Positions 1-12,000 of a DNA stretch of 64,000 bases are shown here, piece after piece. Positions within the stretch are counted from its first letter, which is position 1. Each line of letters opens with the position of its first letter. A program made the translations under genes and the position numbers. The stretch comes from Antedon mediterranea (lineage: Eukaryota; Animalia; Echinodermata): the NCBI RefSeq assembly GCF_964355755.1, contig NC_092677.1, positions 10,748,101 through 10,812,100 on the forward strand, read 5' to 3'. The notes beneath the pieces were generated by a model. That model was not told where the DNA came from, ran no database searches, and worked only from the letters and a program-made list of their open reading frames with translations.

Positions 1-3000
1 ATTTACTGGCAAGTTGACCCCTGTCAATGATGAGGAGTACCATTTTGTGTTTAGTACCGGTGAACAATCTACCAGGGGCGTGTCTCTATACCAACGAGGC
101 GTCAAATTGGGGGCAGCATTGACAGATGGTGATAAACGATGGATCGTTGAGATAGACTTCCAGCCTGATCCAGGTTAGATTCTTTATTTATTTTGCCACA
201 CATATAATTTATTTAAGGACATCATTAAGTTAAATTACGGGTCAATCCTTTCAATATTTCTGTCATTATAAAGTGTTTCTTTTTTTTTCAGAAAAATTTC
301 TAAAGATTGCGATTTCATGGAATAAAACATACGGTATGTTGTTTTACATTGATGGATATGCGATAGCAGCAGATTATGTGGGCTACCGAAAGATACGGGA
401 GAATGATCTTGATTATCGCCTGTCAATTGGACGTCGCAATGACTTTTTGAGCATGTATTCCAAGCTTATCTTTCAAGAGTTTGTATTTTGGGAGGAATTC
501 GTTCCTATCTGGAGGTCATTAGAGTTTTTTGGTTTTGTGGGTAAGTTTAATTTGTTGTAACATCTTTCTAAACCCTACCTATAGAGTTATTTTAGTACTA
601 GAAAGTCAACTCGGTGATATTAGAGTGAAGTAGGACATGGCTGCCCTATCTCTTTAAAAATATAATGAAAACTAAACTTACTGTAGACTAGTAACACCAT
701 GGTGTTTTTTTAGTGTCATTTTTAAGATTTATATTGTATATTCTTTTAGATTCAAGCTACTATAACAAGCCATTATTATTCTGGGACGCAAAACATTTGA
801 TTAGCGCTAGTATTAACACACTTGAAGCAAACATGCTACTTCGAGCAAATGGGATGATCCCTTCAGACTTATTTGTAGGCCCAAGTCCTGGAGTGAATCT
901 AATAGCTGATAAAATAGTAGACCTTACAGCAGATGATGCTCACTTGTACCTGGGTAAGTTGTCAAATGAGACGATCGCTTCAGACTTAATTGTAGGCCTA
1001 AGTCCTGAATTAAATCTAATAACAGATAAAATAGTAGACCTTACAGCAGACGGCTCTCACTTGTACCTGGCTAAGTTGTCAAATGAGATGATCCCTTCAG
1101 ACTTATTTGTAGACCTAAGTCCTGGAGTGGATTGCTATACAACAGTCTTAACTAAGCAGATAAAATAGTAGAGCAGACAACGCTCACTTGTACCTGGATT
1201 GTTGTCAAAAATAATGATTTGATTTTTTGCGATGTTTACAATAATAAAAACAACATACTTATTTGATCACTCAGGTTATATGGAATATAGTTGCTTGTTC
1301 ACAACTAGCTGGTGTCCAGAAGGAATCAGTTTGGCGATGTGGATCAATATAGAATACCAAAGTTTTACTTCGCCAGTCATTGTTTTCAGGTAAAATAAAA
1401 ATTACTTATAAAAATAAAAAATGAAATGATTTTCTTTGAATTTAACTTGAGCCTCTTTAGTTGCTTCTACCTTTACAAGCCTGTCCAACACCTTTTAAAG
1501 TTGAGTCTTAACATTTGTCCTCTATTATGGGCTTTTCCGAGAATCATGGGGTTTGTTTATGCTCCAGCATCCTCTCTTTACTTCTGTATGTGAAAGCATA
1601 CTTATATAAATTTCAAGATGTTACCACCTCCCATGTCAGTGCCTGATTTTACTGGGATTTTTTCTGTTCTGAACATTTAAAACAAATATACGTAGTATAG
1701 TTGCACTTATGAATTCCATTATCTTGTTAGCTCTGGAGATGGAACTGGTGCTAATGGCATTGCAGTGTACTTCACAAACAATAAGTTGGTGTTTGTTGTC
1801 AACTCTCAAGGTGTTTCCCTGTCGGTTCAAACACCTGTATCTGAAGTAAGTGAAGTCAAATAAAAAATATTTTCGATGGGGCTTTTTTATTTTTACAATG
1901 TGCCACTCGACTGCACACTTGATGCATGTTCATGTTTCTGAGCATGTGCAGAATGAATTTTAAAAATTCTTCAGCTGCTTTGTCAAGTGTGTACATCAAA
2001 ATGAAAATAAGCTTTCTAATTAACTAATCAATTAACCCTCTGAACATTACAAAAATACATCAAAATCTGGACGTAATTATATTTGATTGTGTGGTCAATG
2101 GTATGATACACTTCATGAAAGACGGAGGTTGCAGGTTATTCAGCCAAAGAAACGTTCCAACAACAAAAATGTATATTTCACTTTTGTTAACATAAAAACC
2201 ATAGAAATCACAGATCGTGGCCATGGAAGCAATTTTTACAAAAAAATATAAATACAAAATTCACAAAAATGTATGGACAACCTCAAGCTTGGTTCCCACT
2301 AGAATGTAACGCAAGGACGTAAACGCAACGCAAGCGTTTTAACCAATGACAAGCGAAGTTATAGACAGTTAGCAATCACAAGCGAATAAGCCATCGCTTG
2401 TGATTGGTCAATTCACTTGCGTTGCGTTACGTCCTTGCGTTGCGTCGCTAGTGGGAACCACGCTTAAGGGGCTACGTCAGGTGATAAGTCTGGTGGTTGA
2501 AAGTCTGCGTTTGTGTATAGAAGGAAGGAACCTTTTGGAGCTTTCTGGATCTTGGTAAAGTTTTTGTTGTCTTCCCTATTGAATCAAATTACAACATTTG
2601 ATAATTATTAATTTTTTTCAGGAAGTATTTCCATCAGGAAAATGGAACAACCTTGCTTTTACATATTCAGAATTTGAAGATATGTCCATCTACATTAATG
2701 GTGTTGTATCTTTTGTCACCAACGATACACAGCCACTGCCTGTGTCGACAGGTGTATGGGTTGGGTGGACTAACTCTAACAATTACGGATCTGCCAGTTT
2801 TAAGATCCATAACCTTGCACATTGGGATTATTATGTTTTCGCAAGGAAATCTAAACAGTTCTTGGGAATGTCAGGTATGAAGATATTTCTTATTTAGTTC
2901 TCCATAAATATTATTTTTATTATTATTTATTCAGGCAAATTTACAAATATGATACAAATTAACAAATTAAACAAACACGACGCAAGAAGAAAATATAAAA

Positions 3001-6000
3001 TCATAGTCACTAGCTGCCAGGAAAGCACAAAATTAGCCTAAGCCACTGTCACCAATTAGGTGTGTACCTTAACATTAAATTAAAACATATAAATTAAATA
3101 ATGGTCATGATGTGAGATATCTATAATCCACCAGTTCACTATATATTGCTGAATAAATGTGAATTGAATTGAAAATGATTACTACATGGAATTATCACCT
3201 TCTTTTGGACCAATCAGTGGGCTGGGATCTTTAACATTTTTTTGTATTCTTATGAAATTGATACTAGACTTCCAAGTTGACTGTTACTACAACAAAGATT
3301 ACTGCTGGGTATTTGATTCTGGTTTGTCTATTGTGAACCAATTTGAAATGAGCCTCACTGGAAGCCAATTTGTTGGTGACCACACCTTGGACGGGCGTGC
3401 CGTGAAGACAGTCAGTGGTGAACCAGGTTGGATATCACTCGGCGATGGATTTGGTAACAACTGCCCGTCTGATCCTTCTTTGTGTACTGGTGGATTGGCT
3501 TTGACTGTATGGTTGAAGATTAATGAGGCAGCCAATGGTTATTGGTACAATCGCAACACTGGTGGTTTCGGGTATCTTCTTAGTCTTGGGGCTGAAACTC
3601 CAGGTAAATTTTAATTATTCACATTTCTGTTGTTTTATTATCATGCCCAAATAAAGATACTATATATGACCACTACGTATAGACTTTCGAGGGTGGATCT
3701 AAATATACTTTTATTTATACAGTAGAACCTGTATTAAGAGGACACCTTCAGTACCAAAAAAGTTTCCCCTGAATAGGGGCTGTCTGTAGTCTTAAAACAT
3801 ATACTGTATTGTCCATCATTTATTTCGTGGGAAAGTGTCACCTTAATAGAGGTTTCTCCTGAATAGGAGTGCATGTTCTACTGTATATTCATTCAAAAAT
3901 TTTCAGAATTTTCTTAAATTATTTTAACATTTGTCTTTAGGTGAACGTGGCCTAATCATTAAACAGTCAAAGCATGGACTGTTTGTAGAAGTAGCTGATG
4001 GATCAAAACTGTGGACTGTAAATGTGCCAATCAGCGAATTAACCTATAATGTGTGGTTCCAGTTGGCAATGACATGGTCAGCTTCTGATGGACTTGATGT
4101 CGTTTTTGGAGAGACGATAGTTGGTTCTGACGTAAGTAGAACGTATAAAAAAATATATGAAACAGATGAGTGTTGTATGCTTTGAAGCGTTAATAATTCA
4201 TAGAGATTCATATCATGTAAAGTAGACCACAATGTCAACAGCTCATTGAAATATGCTGGGTAAACCACCTTTAAGATAAACCTTTTTCCTAACAAAGTGT
4301 TTCCTTAATAAGGGTGTCTCCAGAAGAATAGGTGCTGGCCGTAGCGTTTTAACATAATTATACTTCCCCTTGTTAGTTTTATGGTAAAGTTTCTCTTTAT
4401 TGGTGTCTCCTGAATAGGGTTATCCCTTGAGTAGGGGTGTATGGGTTTCCCAAACAAGGATTTCTACATGTTACTATATACAGGTGGTCTGATATTATTC
4501 TTTCAACTAGGCAATCTGTATAATTTTACTGTATCCCAAGAACATAGCTTTCCGAGAATGGCTTCGCTTTTGTTGTGAAAAACTACAGTATATGTATGTA
4601 TCCTACTAAAAGCCAATCTAATATTGAAGATATCCAATTAAAAGTTTAGCAAAAGTATGAAGAAAACAATTTGATTTTGTTTCTCCTATAAATAGGCAAT
4701 TGGCGTTGAAGACATCCGAACACGAAATGACAACACAACAATTGTTCTTGGTAAATCAAATGGGTATGATGTTGGCTATGTGTCGGCTGAGTATGATGAC
4801 ATCATAATCTTTTTGCCGATTGTTATTGAAAGTTTACCAGATGCAGAGAGTCTTACAGTCATTGGAGGTAAGTTCACTTAATATACATTGTGAAAATAGT
4901 TCTACTAAGCTTCACATGAAGATTATGCGGAAGAACTCCCATGCATGAGCGTTAAAAGTTTAACCAAAAGCAACTTTATAAACAAACACTAGATATTATA
5001 ATAAACAAATTTATGAAAACTTATTATTTATCAAAAGTGTAATTAATTAAATGTTATTTTCCACTACAAATTTAGAGGTAGCAGCGTATTCAACTGCAGA
5101 TGAATATTGGGATTTACCATCGCACTTAACCACGCAAATTCCTAGTGTGACTTTCTACAACACTGGTACAGTGGTTGATAGAGATGGAAATGCTGAAGGA
5201 GCTATTGACTTTAACAGAGCTTCAGAAGATGATTCATTTGGTTATATCAAATTAGGTATTGCACCTTTTAGTTGTAGCCTCAATGATCATTTAAAAAAAG
5301 TTTAGTTATTTACAATGTCAAAGTTAATAAAATTATAAAAAACAAGTTGAGAGAGTTCTTGGATTTATATAAAAATACAACTGCTGTTATTCCGAGAATA
5401 TGGACACTCCTTAAAAGTAAAATGGAACATCAAGGTGCCATAGAGGGATGTATAATACGTCCACCTCCTATTCCGAGATACGTGATCACAGAGAGGGAAG
5501 ACGGGAGGGATTACTATACTGGTGTCTCACTCATGGTGTATCAACATCACTGTTCGTTTGTGCAGTCTATTTCTTGAGATCCCTAATTGTATACTTAGTT
5601 GCTTTACTTTACAGCCTCATTGCCGAGAGGTCCATGTACTTCTCTAGCTGGGCTGCCTTGGAAATACACATCACAAGATTTATCCATTAGGGTCTATTCT
5701 GTGCAATTGCATTTATTTTCCGTTGCTGTTTTGAGTTTCAAGTTAGAAGGGTTTTTGAGGAATTTTAAGCTGTTACGGGTAGTGTCATTCATGTTCTTCC
5801 TTTAAATTGAATGGTGTTCGATTCCTGATTTGAAGGAACCTTTTCATTTTGTCTATTGGCCAAATAATTTTCATCACTTCCATAATTTCGATAGACACTA
5901 TAAATGGATTATTAAGTTATTTTGTTTTTCTTGTTAGGTCGCTATAACAAAAAATGCATGAGTGACCTGGAAAAATGTTCACCAGCGGGGTTGACCTTCT

Positions 6001-9000
6001 CTGTGTTTGTTAAGCTTGGTTCTATTTCACATTTCCAAGATTCAAGCCTAAATCCAGAAGGAGTTGGTTATATAATGAGGTAAGTTTTATTATTATATAA
6101 TTTAAAGTGCTTAAATGTATTTAGTCTGTTATTCTAAAGTTATTTACAGGAAAGCCTATTTGGTAAAATATATATAAATTAATAAATGTAATTTAATATA
6201 ATACTGTACATACAGGCGCAGTAGAATTAGTTTATCTTTTGTCATGATTTTATAGCACTGGAGGTCAGCAGCAGAGACGACGTGGTTTTGCCATTTTCTA
6301 TGATGGCGTTAATATCACGGCTATAGCACAATCAAGGGGAATGCGTTGGAAAGCCACCTGGCCATTTGTTTATTCGCAATCATGGTTTAATGTTGCATAT
6401 TCATGGAGTACATCAACTGGGTTATCATTATACATAAATGGCGTACTGAAAAGTAAGATTATCCATTTATCCATTTGTTAAGTTTAAAGCTCCGTCTGTG
6501 TGATGTGCCCAAATATGGTAGTGATATGATTGAATATGGTAGTGATATGATTAAATATGGTACTGATATGACATCAGTATGTGTAGTTTGATAGTGTAGA
6601 TAAAGCTTAAATCATTCTCTTAGGTCAATGCTCTTTGGGACAATCTGTTGATTGTTAAAAGCGCTATATAAATTCAACAACATTAACATTAATTTCCTAC
6701 CTATAAATTATAACATACGGTGTTAAAATAACAACAATAACAAAAGAAATTTTAACCCTTTTTATCATCTAATATTTGTAGGTTAATTATTTGCACACAC
6801 GTTAGTTCACCCTTTATTGATTGATTTTTTTATTTTAATGGATGCACAACCACGACCCCCAGATCCCTCCCCTGCCATTAATAGTAAATTTGTTAAATTG
6901 CATTGACTATATCTTTTTTACTTCAGTTACCACTAGAGTGGGTCAAAGCACATCAAGTGCCTCAGATATTTCAACTATATTGTATTTGGGTAAACGAAAT
7001 GATAAAAATGAAGGATATCTAGGGGGGGCCTTTGATGACCCGGCAATCTGGTACCATACGTTTGATGAAGAGGACAATGAACTTATGGGAGAGGATCCAA
7101 ATGCAATAGGTAATTTTAATTACATACATATGTTAGTACAGTATTCAGAAATAAATCAATGTTTCAAATTACCAGGAAGCACATTATATATATATATATA
7201 TATATAACTACCAAAATTTAAGTTTCAATATTAACCACCATTTAAGCTGTTTTTTAGTCTCATTCCAAAATTGTTTATATCTCTACCAAGCTACCTTCTT
7301 TGTTTTCTACTCTTATTCAGACTCCACCCTGTCTCCCTTTGTTATATTTCTTTTATTCCTGTCCACCCAGGCAGCACTTGCCAGCTTTATACTATGACGT
7401 TATCCAAATTCCTTCACTTGCACTGATGAAGGGCTAGTGTTGCCCGAAAGCTCTGCTAACTTTTCTGTCTGTTTTATTTCTCGTTTTTATTTAGCTTTTC
7501 GCTTTTATTTTGTATCTCCATTGAGATCCAGCCACTGATACCCACAGCATTGTCATTTTTTCAGTAATTTATCTTTGGATTTATATATATATATAAACAC
7601 ATTAGGCAATGAACATTAATTCGAAACCGCCCGGTGATATACTGAAATTTAATTAATTAATTTGAAACGATAAAGATGAGGAGATCTGTGAGAATGAGAA
7701 AAAGTCGCCCCAACCGAGACTCGAACTCGGACCGCCTGCTTGATATGCAGATGTCCTAACCATTAGACCACTGGGGCTTTCATGGTATTGTTCAAACTTG
7801 ATTGGATAGCGACTCTTTAACATTCTCGGCGTGGTACGGCGGAACAGCACTAGTCTTCAGTTGTACGCACGCGCACCAGAGATCAAATTGATACGCCCTC
7901 ATCTTTCAGTATTTTTATTCATGAGGCGGGATCTCCTGAGAGATACTTTTATATATATATATAATAATAATTAAAAATAGTAGAACACCTTTGGAACACC
8001 CCTACAATTTTATTTTATGAATTCATTAATTTATTTTAAATTATGTTTTAACTTCATTCATTCATTTATTCAATAGTATGTAGGCCACTGGCCCAAAGTA
8101 CAATAATAGAAAATAGTACTTATTATCAAATGTACGAAGTAGTAACAGCAAAATAATTAGTTTTCTTTGTATGTGAAAAAGCCAAATCTTACGAGGTTAT
8201 TGATTACTTTTTTTTTTTTTTTTTCATTAGTAAAAAAACATTTTCTTGTGTCCCAGCTTATTCTACTACAATTACTGCATTAACTACATTTTTTTACTTC
8301 ATTAATGTATAGTTTTTATTTTACAAGGCAATCCATGCAATTGCAAATAATTGCATAATCAGAGAGAAGGGAAGAGTAAACAAAATGTAGTTCCTGCAGT
8401 AGAATACTTTTTTACACATATTCCCTAAAGCCTGGTTCGCACTATTATGCGAAAATGTAAGCACAATATAATTCTACCAATCACAACGCGATGGCTCATC
8501 ATTCATCATGCCATCTGGTCAAATTATACTAGTAAATTAGGTTGAATGATACATTTGGTGTCGTTTTTCACAGAGGTAACTACCGACCACGATGCACTGG
8601 ATGAGCTGGCGCCTATCACTGGAAAGCCGGGTTGTAAGGTTTTGCACGATGCTGATTGCTCACGTGACATTGTTGAACTCCAGTCAATCGTAAGATACAA
8701 TTAAAATATTATTAATTAATATATTTATTTCATACTTTAATATTAAGAGAGAGTCGTAATGTCATAATGGAAAGGATAGATGTGAGAAACATAGGTCCTG
8801 CCTGTGACATCTTGTATCCTTAGGAAAGATACATTATTCATATTGCCTCGTCCTTCTGATGGGAAGTAAAGCCGTGTGGTGCATGATAAATAACTTATGA
8901 TATTGTGTAAAGGAATACAGCAAGGCCATATACGTGGCGTCGCGTGCTCTAATTTGAGTTAGTGTTACCAACCGACTGACTGACCAACTGACTCGACTGA

Positions 9001-12000
9001 ATGAGTGACATGTAGAGTCGCGTTTGCATGCGACTAAAAATTAAAGTACAGTAGTTCTCAATATAATATATTGTTGTAATTATTAGATTAATTATTATTT
9101 ATCATTCACATAGAATAAGTTTATTTAAATGTTTTGCTTCAATTTTTGTAGATTGAAGAAGAAGGGGAAGTAGACGAAGTGTTATTAAAAAGTGCAGAGG
9201 AACGTTTGGAAGAATTAGCTGAGCCATCTAATACGCTAACAAGTGATGACCTGGGGGCATCGGTATTGGTCTATGAAACACTTGTTACACAACCATTACC
9301 TCTCAATATTAATGAGTCTTATGGCATAAGTACAATTGATGTAAGTATCAAGTTAAAGCCCTGTCTTCACTATCAAACTTGATGTGACAAAACAAAGTGA
9401 TGTGCCCATATATGGACATGATGATGTCATATCACTACCATATTTGAGCATATCACTACTATATTTGGGCACATCACCCTTTTTTTGTCAAACTAGTTTG
9501 AGTGCATACAGTGCTTTAAAACAATATTGAGTGCTTTTTTTCTTAAGTATGGGGTCCTGTAGGGGTTTCACAAATTTAGAAAATGATATATAAATAAAAT
9601 ATTCAGTGATTCAATTGAGATTTTTCAGGATTGTTCTAGAGGTGTGAAATCTCTCAGTTATATAGATTATTTCTTTTAGCACACATCACAAATTATAGTA
9701 GAACATTTATACAATCTAAAGCTCTTTCTTTCTATATTGTTGTACTTTTGTTTGAAATTTAACTAGGTTTTAAATTTGAAATGGTGCGCACATGATTATT
9801 ATTCTGTTATGGAATCAAACCTTTTGAGTGTCATTATTTTCCTTTTTTTATTTTTCTTATAGACTTATTTACAAATATGTAGTGACTTACTTGATCAAGG
9901 CCGTGAAAGTGAGTGGCAACAATTGCAAGAAGTAAGTACACTGTATATGAATATTTTATATTAAGCCACTATAATGCAATCCCACTACTCTCAAACGAGG
10001 AACTACAAGAGAGAGCATAGTGGAATATATTATTAGATCGTTACACTGTGGCGTATCATCCAGTCAAACTTGTTTGTAATATTGTCTCTTATAATTTTCT
10101 AAACTTTAGTTATACTCACATTCATAAACCAGCCTACTCCTTTTTATTTTTTAATAATTTTATATCAAATAAATATTGTTTTATTTTAAGACTGAGCCTG
10201 GTTGCCCATCATTGATCCAGGATTTGGAGGAGTATGCCTTTAGGATGACAATAAAGCTCAGGGATAATAATATGGATTTTGGCTATGTTTTGCCTGCTGA
10301 TAATATGGGTAAGTTTAATTAGTTTTTAATTTTATTTTAAAAATCATAATTATTACTTTCACCATTATCATTGTTATCAGAATATGAATAGAATATTTTT
10401 TCCATCTCTGTCATTATCATTATATCATTATTATTGTTATTATTATCTTTATTATCATCATCATCTTTGTTTTAGTTTAGTGTACTTCACTATTGTCATT
10501 ATCATCTTTGTTGTCCCCATCACGATGTTTGTTTAATATTTATTGCCTTTATCACCTATTGTCATCTTTATTTCATAATGAAATTAATGCATCATACTAA
10601 AGCTTGATTCCCACTAGCAACCTAGGCAAAGTAAGCCAATGAGAGCATGAAATCAAACATGCTTAGTTGCATGTCAACGTCAGTTTTCCTAGACTTTGAC
10701 CTGGTTCACCCAGCATACAGTGTTCTTGCCGTTGCATGGTAACGATGTTACAGAACTTTGCACCATTGCGTTCTAGTGGTAACCACACTTAACAGACTAT
10801 AACAATACTTGATTTCAGTTATTCAAAGTGAGACATTCGAAGTGAACTCGTATTCAATGGAGAAAGGATTATCATTTCCGAATTACACAGACCCAAGATG
10901 GATCGACACTGTCTCCAATTGGAACCTTACAATAGATTCAATTGTCATACCAAGGAACATATTTGATTTTACTATACCAGGTAAGAGTACTGTAGTTGGT
11001 CACAAGCCCATTCTATACCATAACATAGTACTTTTATATGGGATTGATGTATGTTTGTATGATGTAATTGTGAATGTTTTGCCTTAAAAATTAAAAAGTT
11101 TCCAAAAACCAGATAATATAAAAGAACCAGACACTTTGGACCAGTCCAAATTGTATCGGAACTTTTGGAAAAGTTTACTATCATAAATATTTTCTTTTTT
11201 TTGTAGGTGCATCTATATCCACAATGGTATTTTTACTCTATGATTCACTGCCTTATCACATGCCACCAAGAGCTTCAGATGAATAGTAAGTCATTAACAA
11301 ATCATTGATTTAGGGATCCATATTATCAATCAATGTACAAGAACTGCCTTGAATTATACAAAAAACTTACCAGATTATAAGCAAAACGGTATTGGTATGC
11401 CAATATGGTTATGAAAATAAACAAGAAATATTTCTTACAAAAAACGCTGCTCGCTTATTGAAAAATATTTTTTATTTCAAATGTTTTTGAATGTGTCATT
11501 TTATTGTCACATAATAGTTATTTTAATAATAATAATAATAATAAACAGTATTTATATAGCGCCTAATGGATCACTGACCCCTCTAGGTGCTTTACATTTG
11601 ACCTTAACTAATGGTAATAAACTATCCCCCGCCGGACACCATTCCGGTATTTCTTAGTCAAGGTTTCGGGGATGGAGACAATCAATAATGTGAAAAAAAA
11701 TGTAACTAAGCTTAACTATGCTTAACTATGCTTAACTAAGGTAAAACTATCCCCCGCCGGACACCATCCCGGTATTTCTGAGTCAAGGTTTCGGGGCCAG
11801 AATAAGAATAGAGAGTAAATGAAGCATGCACAACTTAAGCTAGGGTTAAACTATCCTCCGCCGGACACCATCCCGGTATTTATGAATCAAGGTTTCGGGG
11901 AAGGAATAAAGGAATGAACGAATAAGTTAGTTAATTAATTAATTTTACCTGAAAAAATGTAATTTAAAGCAACAAATACTCAAATTGTCTGTCAGACAAT

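Noticed and set aside
10309-10600. Low-complexity (ATT/ATC)n region
   Set aside because: Ordinary degenerate microsatellite in an intron.
11615-11905. Repeat-spacer pattern as CRISPR
   Set aside because: Only three long units in a eukaryotic retroelement-like context with no cas genes. Kept only as a structured-motif finding.
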